Position numbers and translations under genes: made by a program
NCBI GenBank assembly: GCA_964408485.1
Contig: CAYOZJ010000005.1
Location: 13,203-77,202, forward strand
DNA: 64,000 bases
Direction of reading: 5' to 3'
Origin: an uncultured Gammaproteobacteria bacterium
GTDB taxonomy: Bacteria > Patescibacteriota > Microgenomatia > Levybacterales > UBA12049
Notes under the pieces: generated by a model
Databases searched by the model: none
Told to the model about the DNA's origin: nothing
Seen by the model: only the letters and a program-made list of their open reading frames with translations
Shown here: piece after piece, positions 9,098-17,767 of the stretch
Layout: every line of letters begins with the position of its first letter
How positions within the stretch are numbered: position 1 is the first letter of the stretch

Positions 9098-10033
9098 ATG
9101 GGAAAAGTTAAAACAATAGATCCAGAAAAACAAGAGCAATTAGCAAAAGAAAAAGCGGCAAAAGAAGCTGAAAGACTGGCACAAGTTGAGGCTGCACGTT
9201 CGGCTGCTTCTGTGAGAGCAAAGGATAAGGTTGGAAAAGAATTAAGAAGCAAGAATCAAGAATCAAGCTCAGAAGAGAAAAAAGAAACAAGTGTCATTCT
9301 GGGGAACGAAGTGACTCCAGAATCTAACGTAGATGCTGGACAAGCCAGCATGACAGATCAAAAAGAACCCAAAAAAAGTAAAAAGGTCTCTAAATATGCT
9401 GCTAAAAAAGGCGCAAAAGGACGAGAAAGGTCTGAAAATTACAAAAAAGCACTTGCTCAAGTAGACAAATCAAAGCAGTATTCTATAAAAGAAGCGTTAG
9501 CACTCTTAGATAAAACTCATTTGGCAAAATTCGATGAAACAGTAGAGTTACACATAAATACAGCATCAGCTGGCCTTTCTGGACAAGTAACTCTCCCTCA
9601 TGGTACAGGTAAAAACGTTAGAGTTGCTATTCTTGCACCAAGTAAAGACGCAAAAGCAGCAGATGACCTTTTGAAAGAAATTGAATCAGGAAAAATTAAT
9701 TTTGATATTTTAGTGGCAACACCTGATGCAATGCCTAAGCTAGCGCGAGTTGCTAAAGTACTCGGACCTCGAGGACTTATGCCAAATCCAAAGAATGGTA
9801 CTGTTAGTCCAAATCCAGAAGCTGTTGCCAAGCAATATGAAGGTGGACAAATGCATTACAAAACAGAAGCAAAGACTCCTATCATGCATTTAGCAGTTGG
9901 TAAGCTTTCTTTTGGACCAGAAAAACTTGAACAAAATATTACTGCAATGTTAAAAGCAGTAAAAATGGAAAATATTAAAAAAGTTGTTGTTAAATCAACA
10001 ATGTCTCCAGCAGTCAGACTTCTTGTCAAATAA
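9098..10033 (+). CDS. rplA: 50S ribosomal protein L1 with ~110-aa N-terminal extension
   Basis: KFDETVELH, LPHGTGK, LGPRGLMPNPK.GTV, STMSP. Confidence 0.95.
   Translation: MGKVKTIDPEKQEQLAKEKAAKEAERLAQVEAARSAASVRAKDKVGKELRSKNQESSSEEKKETSVILGNEVTPESNVDAGQASMTDQKEPKKSKKVSKYAAKKGAKGRERSENYKKALAQVDKSKQYSIKEALALLDKTHLAKFDETVELHINTASAGLSGQVTLPHGTGKNVRVAILAPSKDAKAADDLLKEIESGKINFDILVATPDAMPKLARVAKVLGPRGLMPNPKNGTVSPNPEAVAKQYEGGQMHYKTEAKTPIMHLAVGKLSFGPEKLEQNITAMLKAVKMENIKKVVVKSTMSPAVRLLVK
9292..9355. repeat. Palindromic element in frame in rplA (VILGNEVTPES...DAGQASMT)
   Basis: tgtcattctgggg..gactccagaatct / agatgctggac..gccagcatgaca; same subfamily as 23457-23540. Confidence 0.8.
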
Positions 10034-10059
10034 CCTTTCTTTCGGTATTATTCTTTGCA

Positions 10060-10350
10060 ATGACCGAACCCATTCCGTTTGATCCACGCCGAAAACCAAA
10101 AACATGTGGTCTTGACGTAGAACATGTTGGCCCAACAGAAAGAATTAGTGCCAATCAAGCAAAAACTAATGCTAGGTGTAGAAATTGCAAAATAGGAAAA
10201 ATTGGATTTGATCCTAATGCTGTTTACTCACGAGTTATGCCCGGCGTAATATATCCACAGTACGAACTGAATAGACGTGGAAGAGAAAGTATATACGAAA
10301 GACAGAGAATCTGTGAAGAAGATCAAAGACTCCAGAGATTTGAAGAATGA
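10060..10350 (+). CDS. Small 4-Cys orphan protein
   Basis: 96 aa, C..CxxC..C pattern; resembles 10698-10937. Confidence 0.55.
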   Translation: MTEPIPFDPRRKPKTCGLDVEHVGPTERISANQAKTNARCRNCKIGKIGFDPNAVYSRVMPGVIYPQYELNRRGRESIYERQRICEEDQRLQRFEE

Positions 10351-10390
10351 TCTTCTTGACAAAACTATAAGTCTAAGGTATACTCCACCC

Positions 10391-10615
10391 ATGCCTTTAA
10401 TACGCAGACAAAGAAGTTTAGATCTCAGATTTGGTATATTGCCAGGATCAGATGGTAAAGAACAATCAGCTGGTTCGTTTAGAATGAAGTTAGTCCCAAA
10501 TCCGGAAAATGAAGGCGTATTAAGAATACTAAGAGAATTTGTCAAAAATCCTTCTGATGAGATACCTAAAAATGGAGCACTCTTCCCTTCTACATCAAAA
10601 ATTGAAAACATATAG
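10391..10615 (+). CDS. Small leaderless orphan protein
   Basis: TTGACA 10356-10361, N17, TATACT 10379-10384, ATG 10391; this start removes the overlap seen in the ORF track. Confidence 0.6.
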   Translation: MPLIRRQRSLDLRFGILPGSDGKEQSAGSFRMKLVPNPENEGVLRILREFVKNPSDEIPKNGALFPSTSKIENI

Positions 10616-10697
10616 TCTTATAGCACTCAATTCCCGAAACAATTAGATTAACTCATAGTTTGAACTGGCTCATCATTTAATGTAAAATATACATCTA

Positions 10698-10937
10698 ATG
10701 GCAACGTGTGATGTGGAGCAAACAGAGAGTTTTGGTAGTCAAGCAGGTGAAGTCGTACGAAAGTATACTTGTCCAAGATCAGACTGCTGCATGGACTTTA
10801 ATGTTAGACCAAAAACAACACGTAACGTCTACCCTATTAGCACCGAGGGACTAAATAAAGCTAGGAAAGAGAGGCTGACAGAAAAAGATGGCATTTCAAA
10901 AGAGTGTCAAAGAAGACAACAGGCACGATTAAATTAA
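10698..10937 (+). CDS. Small Cys-rich orphan protein
   Basis: 79 aa; TAAAAT upstream; paralogue-like to 10060-10350. Confidence 0.55.
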   Translation: MATCDVEQTESFGSQAGEVVRKYTCPRSDCCMDFNVRPKTTRNVYPISTEGLNKARKERLTEKDGISKECQRRQQARLN

Positions 10938-10941
10938 AACC

Positions 10942-11098
10942 TTGCAACTTTCTATTTTTTACTCTATAATACATATATCCAAAGACCGGAAGCGATCATT
11001 AAGTCTTCCAGAGGAGAATTAGTCAGGTACAATACTGCACCTGACATAGCAATAAAAAGAACAGATTGCTAGCAAACACTCCTCGAGAGTGTTTTTTT
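10942..11098 (+). promoter_or_regulatory. rplJ promoter plus L10 leader (autoregulatory) with intrinsic terminator
   Basis: TTGCAA-N17-TATAAT (10942-10970); CCAAAGACC...TTAA...GAGG L10-leader-like core; hairpin aaacactc-ctc-gagagtgttt plus T-run at 11074-11098. Confidence 0.75.
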
Positions 11099-11104
11099 AA
11101 ATCT

Positions 11105-11644
11105 ATGAACGACACAACAACAGTTTCAAAAAATAAAGAAGCAAAGATAGCAATTGTGGCTGAGGTAAAGGAAAAAGTAGACCGAGCTAAAGCTATGGTC
11201 TTTACTGACTACACAGGACTTACCCACAAACAGCTTGAAGACTTAAAAAAAGAACTTCGTAAAGCAGATGCTGAATACATGGTCGCAAAAAATACCTTAG
11301 TAAAATTAGCTTTGGGTGATAAAGTTGCAGATCAGGAAGATAAATTCCAAAATCCTACAGGCACAATGTTTTTATATGGCGATATCGTTGCTCCTCTTAA
11401 AGCTTTAGCCAAAATGGTCAAGGAAGTAGAAAAACCTTCAATTAAATTCGGTTTACTCGATGGCAAAGTCATGACAGACAAAGAAGTGCTTAAGCTCTCT
11501 ACCCTTCCATCCCGAGAAGTCTTACTCGCACAACTTGCAGGCATGCTTAAGTCACCAATCAGCAACTTACACCGAGCACTCAATTGGAATCTCCAAAAGT
11601 TAGTTTTAACACTTAGCGCAGTACAGAAGACAAAGAGTGTATAA
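11105..11644 (+). CDS. rplJ: 50S ribosomal protein L10
   Basis: DYTGLT, V.KNTL, L.TLPSRE.LLAQL; ATG 11105 follows the leader. Confidence 0.95.
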   Translation: MNDTTTVSKNKEAKIAIVAEVKEKVDRAKAMVFTDYTGLTHKQLEDLKKELRKADAEYMVAKNTLVKLALGDKVADQEDKFQNPTGTMFLYGDIVAPLKALAKMVKEVEKPSIKFGLLDGKVMTDKEVLKLSTLPSREVLLAQLAGMLKSPISNLHRALNWNLQKLVLTLSAVQKTKSV

Positions 11645-11745
11645 AGTAGCAAGTATTACGTATTAGGTATAAATAAAGAACTTATTTTTATACTTACTAC
11701 ATACTACTTAATACATAATACAAAGGTAAAGGGGGTGAATTTATA

Positions 11746-12135
11746 ATGGCAAAATTAACACAAGAAGAATTATTAAAAGCAGTCGAAGAAATGTCCGTTT
11801 TGGAGCTTTCTGAATTTGTAAAAGCACTTGAAGAAAAGTTTGGAGTATCAGCAGCAGCTATGGCAGTTGCAGCACCAGCCGGTGCAGCAGCAGGAGCCCC
11901 AGCAGAAGCAGCAGAAGAACAAACAGTCTTTAATGTTGTCTTAGCAAATGCAGGAGCAAATAAAATCGGCGTTATTAAAGCGATCCGAGAATTAGTCCCA
12001 ACATTGGGATTAACAGAAGCAAAAGCATTAGCAGATTCAGCTCCAAAGGAAGTTTTGACTGCAGTTAATAAGGAAACAGCAAATACAGCAAAAGAAAAAC
12101 TTACAGCAGCCGGCGCAACCGTCGAGCTGAAATAA
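11746..12135 (+). CDS. rplL: 50S ribosomal protein L7/L12
   Basis: [34 protein letters not shown]; SD AGGGGGTGA. Confidence 0.97.
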   Translation: MAKLTQEELLKAVEEMSVLELSEFVKALEEKFGVSAAAMAVAAPAGAAAGAPAEAAEEQTVFNVVLANAGANKIGVIKAIRELVPTLGLTEAKALADSAPKEVLTAVNKETANTAKEKLTAAGATVELK

Positions 12136-12173
12136 GTTTTTTTCCGAAAGGAAGCTTGTTTGCAAAAACAAGG

Positions 12174-12213
12174 ACCAGGTACAAGGAATTTCTTTGTACC
12201 TGGTTTTTTATTT
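12174..12213 (+). terminator. Rho-independent terminator after rplL
   Basis: accaggtacaagg-aattt-ctttgtacctggt followed by a T-run. Confidence 0.8.
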
Positions 12214-12242
12214 CTAAAACTCCTCTGTGCTAGAATAGCTTT

Positions 12243-13634
12243 ATGCCACAAAACTCAGAAGGTCCACAACAAAATCAGCCTCCCCAAAATCCAGAAAGCC
12301 AACCAAATACACAACCGCAAAGACCCCAAATAGAATCTCAATCCCCTACTCCGGAAAGGCAATCTCCCTTGCAAGGACTCTTATCCAGACGGGAATTTGC
12401 ATTAAAAGCAGCTGCAACAATAACTGTACTTGCTGGAGGACCAATGCTTACGGAATTTGTTCGCGCGCAGGGAGCTTTAGACAGTGAGAAAAAAGCCTAT
12501 GAAGACGGGAAAAAACCTCCTGAGGTTTTTCTTGCAGAAAATAAAGAGCTTTTAAGCAATATTTCTCTGGGCACAACTTTTATTCCTGAAGATTTCCGCG
12601 AAAATAAAGCCCTTGGCATAAAAGGATTACAGTGGTTACGAAATGATTTAGGAATGACGAATCTTCGCATTGCCATTCGCCAAGATACTGTCCCTGATAT
12701 CACAAATCCAGAGCCTAACTTATCTTATTACAAAGATTTCTTTGCAGAAATGAAACGTTTAGGTTTTAATCTCACTCTTTGTATTGGAGCCAAGACCCCT
12801 GTCTATCCTGAATCACATATTGATGCCAAAACAAAAAATGCAGATGAGGAACTAAAACAAGATAAAAAAGTTATTACTGTAGATCCAAGCTCAAAGGCAG
12901 GAATATTACTGCTCGATGAAACAAAACGTCTTGCAGCTGCTTTTGCTCATCAATTCCCTGACATGATGGGTCTTGTTGACACAATTCAACCAAGCAATGA
13001 ACCATTTGTTGTGGATGGCAAACCACAATTAGATATTTCGCCCTCATATTTACGCGAAGAGATTAGTGCACTTGCAGAAGTTTTTCCGGGCAAATCGATC
13101 TTACTCAATCACTTTGGCGTACCTGATTTACATCATCTAGGTGCGGGTACGCAGCTAACTCGTGCAACTAATTTTGCTGTAGAACTGCGAAAAGCAGGAT
13201 TACCTGTTACGCTTGCCTATGACTATTACCAACGTAATGATTTCAAAACCGAGACGGAGGGCATTGTTCCAGATAGCATTGCTATAACAGAAGCTGTTGC
13301 ACTGCGAGGTAATGAGGTATTTACATGGTCTGGGAATGTTTGTGAAACAAATGGTATTACACGAACAGCAGGAGAAGTTGCATGGGAGCATTGGGGAGAT
13401 CAATATCAACCCGAAGTAGATGTACATCAATTTCAAGGACAATTACTACGCGTAGCACGTACAGTTATTAATCCAAGCAAACCTTCGCGTCTTATGCTAT
13501 TTGGGAGTACATCACAGATACAAGACCGTTTTGTTGTAAATGATGATAAAACTATTTCCGAGAGACTCCTCCTCCCTTCTCAGGAAGCAATGTACCAACA
13601 AATAGCAGCAATTAATAATCTCCAGGCTTCATGA
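12243..13634 (+). CDS. Putative glycoside-hydrolase-like (clan GH-A TIM barrel) exported protein
   Basis: SRREF twin-Arg-like motif plus hydrophobic segment; G.K.P.YPE.H and QPSNEPF (NEP acid/base motif); leaderless TGCTAGAAT. Confidence 0.5.
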   Translation: MPQNSEGPQQNQPPQNPESQPNTQPQRPQIESQSPTPERQSPLQGLLSRREFALKAAATITVLAGGPMLTEFVRAQGALDSEKKAYEDGKKPPEVFLAENKELLSNISLGTTFIPEDFRENKALGIKGLQWLRNDLGMTNLRIAIRQDTVPDITNPEPNLSYYKDFFAEMKRLGFNLTLCIGAKTPVYPESHIDAKTKNADEELKQDKKVITVDPSSKAGILLLDETKRLAAAFAHQFPDMMGLVDTIQPSNEPFVVDGKPQLDISPSYLREEISALAEVFPGKSILLNHFGVPDLHHLGAGTQLTRATNFAVELRKAGLPVTLAYDYYQRNDFKTETEGIVPDSIAITEAVALRGNEVFTWSGNVCETNGITRTAGEVAWEHWGDQYQPEVDVHQFQGQLLRVARTVINPSKPSRLMLFGSTSQIQDRFVVNDDKTISERLLLPSQEAMYQQIAAINNLQAS

Positions 13635-13853
13635 AGAGGAAATTTACTCCAGGCCTTCACTAAAATTTTCTATTTTTGTGGATAAAATGTGTAATGCGCT
13701 AACTACAGGCTTCCTGTATAGAGTAGCCTTCTTAATTATTGTAATAATAACTATTTTTGGAAATAGCGGTACTAATCTTTTATTTTAAAAAAGCGAAATG
13801 CAGAATACGTTATCTTTTCATTTCCTGGATTGAATTCAATGTTATCAAAACTC

Positions 13854-14462
13854 CTATGCAGGTCTAACACGCGGATTTTTGGGCGTCACATCATATCCAT
13901 GATCCTCTGGACGCTGCTTTACATTAACAAGATGACCATAATGTTTGGGAATAGTGTGACTATACATATGAACCGAGCTATGTGTATCACCATCTGTGTC
14001 ATCTGTTAATTGTCCGCTTGAACTCCATCTGCTATAAAAAGGGGATAAGTGTGCAATTGCTCCTGCAACAGCACCAGGGTACACTCGATGCTCATCTTTA
14101 TGCTGATTATGCATACCAATTTTATCCTGCCTTACTCTGTCCTGATTACTGTAGGTGGAGCGTACTCTTACAACAGTTGTTCCATTAGGATAACGCGCCC
14201 ATCCACCTTCGGAAAATCCAAATCGCTCTCCTTCTTCATCTAAAAATGACATTTCTCTATTTTCAACTGTTCCCCCTCCGCCTTTTATGGCAACTTCGCC
14301 TCTTCCATCAGAACTTTTTGCTCGTATATGAATTTGTTGAACTTGCGAGGATTCATCGTTATTTGTCCACTGGTATGATTCAATTTCTTTTCCGTATGCT
14401 TCTTGTAAACGTTGTTCTTCTGCATTAGGTGATATTTCTGGTGAACCATTATTATTTATCAT
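13854..14462 (-). CDS. Orphan protein
   Basis: 202-aa ORF. Confidence 0.6.
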   Translation of the reverse strand: MINNNGSPEISPNAEEQRLQEAYGKEIESYQWTNNDESSQVQQIHIRAKSSDGRGEVAIKGGGGTVENREMSFLDEEGERFGFSEGGWARYPNGTTVVRVRSTYSNQDRVRQDKIGMHNQHKDEHRVYPGAVAGAIAHLSPFYSRWSSSGQLTDDTDGDTHSSVHMYSHTIPKHYGHLVNVKQRPEDHGYDVTPKNPRVRPA

Positions 14463-14648
14463 CGTACTGATAATAAAATCATTTTAAAAAATATGCAATG
14501 AGATTATCTTTTTTATTGAGAAAATAATTTTATTTTTTCATTTTCCTTATTGACACTTTTGTTACAGTTTGTTATTTTGTAAGTACATTAACACTACATT
14601 GATCCCGATACAATCGGGATTGATTAACAAACAATTAGTTGTGAGCCT

Positions 14649-14858
14649 ATGATTAATCAAACACTATCAATTCAAAACTTACCAGATCTTTTAACAGTAA
14701 AAGAAGTTGCACAAATTCTTCGCGTCTCTCCATTAACAATAAAACGTTGGGGTAAAAGAGGAAAATTACCAGCAATCAGAATTAATTCAAGGGGCGATAG
14801 ACGATATAAAAAAGAAGCAGTACTTTGGCTTCTAGGTATACAACAAAAAGTTGCATAG
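14649..14858 (+). CDS. Excisionase/MerR-like HTH (HTH_17) DNA-binding protein
   Basis: LLTVKEVAQILRVSPLTIKRWGKRGKLPAIRINSRGDRRY; TTGACA 14550-14555, N17, TATTTT. Confidence 0.85.
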   Translation: MINQTLSIQNLPDLLTVKEVAQILRVSPLTIKRWGKRGKLPAIRINSRGDRRYKKEAVLWLLGIQQKVA

Positions 14859-14863
14859 CCTCT

Positions 14864-15317
14864 AAATTCCAAGATACAAGTTTTCCAAGAGACAAATAAA
14901 TTTCAATTACCAATACTCAAATAGATTTGTTGATGATTGCAGATAGAATATTTTTGAGCTCAACGGATTCTCTAAGAAGTTTCTCAATCTCCATCTTATG
15001 CGTCTTGTTTGATTCAAATAGTAAATCTAACCAATAAATTGTTTCCTTAGCTTCTTTTCGAGAAATTTTGATTCTCATAACAAAATCCTTCTTCCCTAGT
15101 GCATCGTTTGCCTCGCGATAATTAGCACCAATTGATGTTCCGCTTCGCACGACTTGGTCGATGAGAGAATTGTTAATTGAGTTTTTTTGAAGTTTTGAAC
15201 AGAATTGTAATAAGTCTTTGGAAAAAGCGAGAGTTCTTTCTTCTAAATCAAATAGCTTTGCCATTTATTGTATATTTTGGTTATTATTTGTATCTTGCTT
15301 CTTGGTTTTTGGAATTT
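14864..15317. mobile_element. Four-helix-bundle gene enclosed by imperfect heptamer-based inverted repeats (putative mobile unit)
   Basis: Left aaattccaagatacaag...ccaagagacaaataa; right ttatttgtatcttgc.tcttggtttttggaattt. Confidence 0.5.
14917..15264 (-). CDS. Four helix bundle protein (TIGR02436 / IVS-type)
   Basis: DLEERT..F, QVVRSGTSIGANYREA, F..RIKISRKEAKET.YWL.LL. Confidence 0.9.
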   Translation of the reverse strand: MAKLFDLEERTLAFSKDLLQFCSKLQKNSINNSLIDQVVRSGTSIGANYREANDALGKKDFVMRIKISRKEAKETIYWLDLLFESNKTHKMEIEKLLRESVELKNILSAIINKSI

Positions 15318-15323
15318 GCGTAA

Positions 15324-16196
15324 CTACACCCCACGCCGATATTCAGCCATGTATTCTCTGTGAATTAATTCCTCATCTGGATTTTCAAAATGATTCTTAA
15401 TAAATCGTATTGTTTCCTTTGGATCCTGCGTATTAACCCATACACCAGTACCAACTTCAAATGCACCAAGTAACTTACTTCTTGGAATAAGTCGTATATA
15501 CCAATCTCGTCCAGGATAAATATAATAATTAAATGGAAATGCACTGCCATGCCGAATAGACATAATTTGGATAAGTCTACTCATAACAAATGCTAAATCA
15601 ATAATCTCTTCTTCATAAATATCACCAAACAATTGCTTTTTTCTTTTTGGCTGTATCCACACTTCATCCGGCCATTGCGTTGTGATTGGGCAAAAAAGAG
15701 TAAAAAGATTTGTTTCTTGTATTTCCCCATCTGGCTTAAGAGGAGAACGAATATCTAGCGTTACTTGTTTGGGAATAACAACAACTTGTGTATGCGCATG
15801 AGGCAAACTTTCTCCAGCTAATTCTCCTCTATTATGAAACATGTACACCTGCCCTTTTTTCTTATATTTATTGTATCTTTCTTTATAAACGGTAAATAAT
15901 TGCTCGACATGATGCTGAGGAAGCTCATCTATGTTTTTATGATGATCCGGAGAATGAACAATAATTTCATGAACTGGTGCAAAAGGAAATTTATTTTGCA
16001 GGACTCGAATCTGCCAATTACTGTCCCCTGGATTACCACCTACTCGTGCTAATTCTTTCTCATGACCTTCTGTCCCAATACAAAATGGACAATGCGGTAC
16101 TACTTGCTTACTAACATTCGGTCGTTTAGAACGCTTAGGGTCAAGAATCACCCATTTATTCCAAGACAAATCTTTAAGAAATTGAAAATCAGACAT
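15324..16196 (-). CDS. GalT-like HIT-superfamily nucleotidyltransferase
   Basis: R.KRP, CPFC.G.E, NKFP, HEIIV.SPDH, G.SLPHAHTQ. Confidence 0.85.
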   Translation of the reverse strand: MSDFQFLKDLSWNKWVILDPKRSKRPNVSKQVVPHCPFCIGTEGHEKELARVGGNPGDSNWQIRVLQNKFPFAPVHEIIVHSPDHHKNIDELPQHHVEQLFTVYKERYNKYKKKGQVYMFHNRGELAGESLPHAHTQVVVIPKQVTLDIRSPLKPDGEIQETNLFTLFCPITTQWPDEVWIQPKRKKQLFGDIYEEEIIDLAFVMSRLIQIMSIRHGSAFPFNYYIYPGRDWYIRLIPRSKLLGAFEVGTGVWVNTQDPKETIRFIKNHFENPDEELIHREYMAEYRRGV

Positions 16197-16303
16197 AGGC
16201 AGTATACTAACAATATGATAAAAAATGACAAAAATAAACTATATCTAAAAGTATAGTAATATACTTTAACTATTCAGAAGAAAACAAAAATGAAGCAGAA
16301 TTA

Positions 16304-16573
16304 TTATTTAACTCTTCGCATTCCATGTCCATTACCATCAGTTGTATGTATAAATGTTCTTGAACCTCCTCTATGGAGAGTTATTGTAACTTCCTCCTCA
16401 GGACTTAATTCTCTTGTCGTTGCTCCACTTCCTGAAAGATTCAATGCATCGGTAACACTCTGAGCATACCCATCACCATGATTTATATCAAATGCTACTG
16501 GCTTTCCATCAGAACCAATAGCAACTCTATGAAAAGCTCTTGCAAGAGATAATCCTCTATGTAATTCACTCAT
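16304..16573 (-). CDS. Small orphan protein
   Basis: 89-aa ORF between two conserved genes. Confidence 0.55.
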   Translation of the reverse strand: MSELHRGLSLARAFHRVAIGSDGKPVAFDINHGDGYAQSVTDALNLSGSGATTRELSPEEEVTITLHRGGSRTFIHTTDGNGHGMRRVK

Positions 16574-16617
16574 CCGATGAATTTAGCATAAAAAGCTCTT
16601 TCTTACAATAACTGTTT

Positions 16618-17484
16618 TTAGTAAGCTTTATGGGAAGACAATTTTTGTTTGACGACTAAAAGAGTGAATTTAATCAGTGCGAACTGTCTTTTTAGCCTCC
16701 ACGGTTGAATAATAAGTCTAAACAACCACTCAAAACCTAAATCCCGAACTAATTTCGGTGCTCGAGGCACTTTCCCACTAATATAGTCAAACGCTCCCCC
16801 AACTCCAACCATTACTTTTACTGGAATTTTGCCCACATAACTTGCCATCCACCTCTCCTGCTTAGGCACACCTAAGGCTACAAACAGCACATCTATGTTC
16901 GGAATTAAGAATTTAGAATTAAGAATCAAGGGTTTTTTGTTTTGATCTTCATTCCTTGCTTCTTGCTTCTTGCTTCTTGCTTCTTCCGAGATTGCAACAG
17001 AACTCTCCTCAGGCCAATGATCATCTGCAAAAACAATCTTCAAATTCGGGTAACGTCTCCGCAAGCACTCAGCAGTCATTTCTGCTACATTGGGTCCTGC
17101 ACCAAGAAACCCTATCGTTATAGGCCAATCGTTAGCTCTTTCGCAGAGCTTTTCAACCAATTCTACACCAGTAAAACGCTCCCCTAGTCTTTTACCCATG
17201 ACTAATGCTCCCACACCCATCCCTACTCCATCGTTCAAGGCTATTTTGGCTTGATTAAGGATAGTCTTGAAGTCAGAATTTTTATGAGCGAGTGCTATCA
17301 TTTCTGGATTAGGGGTCACAATGTAGTACGGTTTTGTATTTTTCTTCAAAGAATTAGTAATATACTCCAGGATATTTTCTTTTGATGCATTTGTTATACC
17401 AACTCCTAAGATTTCTGTTTTCACCAAATCACTACTACTGCTATAAGCCTCCTGAGTTTTTTTATTAATTATTCTATTTGGCAT
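16618..17484 (-). CDS. WecB/TagA/CpsF family glycosyltransferase with in-frame heptamer insertion
   Basis: VTPNPE, DGVG, ALGVPKQE.W, GVGGAFD..SG...RAP, EWLFRL..QP.R. Confidence 0.92.
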   Translation of the reverse strand: MPNRIINKKTQEAYSSSSDLVKTEILGVGITNASKENILEYITNSLKKNTKPYYIVTPNPEMIALAHKNSDFKTILNQAKIALNDGVGMGVGALVMGKRLGERFTGVELVEKLCERANDWPITIGFLGAGPNVAEMTAECLRRRYPNLKIVFADDHWPEESSVAISEEARSKKQEARNEDQNKKPLILNSKFLIPNIDVLFVALGVPKQERWMASYVGKIPVKVMVGVGGAFDYISGKVPRAPKLVRDLGFEWLFRLIIQPWRLKRQFALIKFTLLVVKQKLSSHKAY

Positions 17485-17767
17485 ACTTTGTATATATTTT
17501 ATGTTCGCGATAATTGATTTTAAAATTCGTCTTTTACCCTATATTTTTTAATTTATTACGCAATTATTACTTTTTATATTATAAGACTATAATGATATTG
17601 AAAAATGTGAAATACTACACATTAGTCTGAAGCTAGAATATTTACGATAAATCTTATGGGGTAATAATGACATAATTTATTTTATAGAACTATTAAATTC
17701 TTATATTGTTAAATTGTTACGATGTTTGTTTAGCAATTTAGTAATTTAGGAATATAACAATTGGGTT

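Noticed and set aside
10277-12251. ORF-track entries 10277 (GTG start), 10228-10611, 11332-11652 and 11697-12251
   Set aside because: Upstream extension through a promoter, or antisense shadows of real genes.
13677-13685. Perfect DnaA box (TGTGGATAA) in an AT-rich gap
   Set aside because: Single copy with no cluster and no dnaA/dnaN nearby; insufficient for oriC.
13620-13718. Three short c.caggc.tc repeats after the GH-like stop
   Set aside because: Too short (about 10-12 nt) to distinguish from chance or terminator hairpins.
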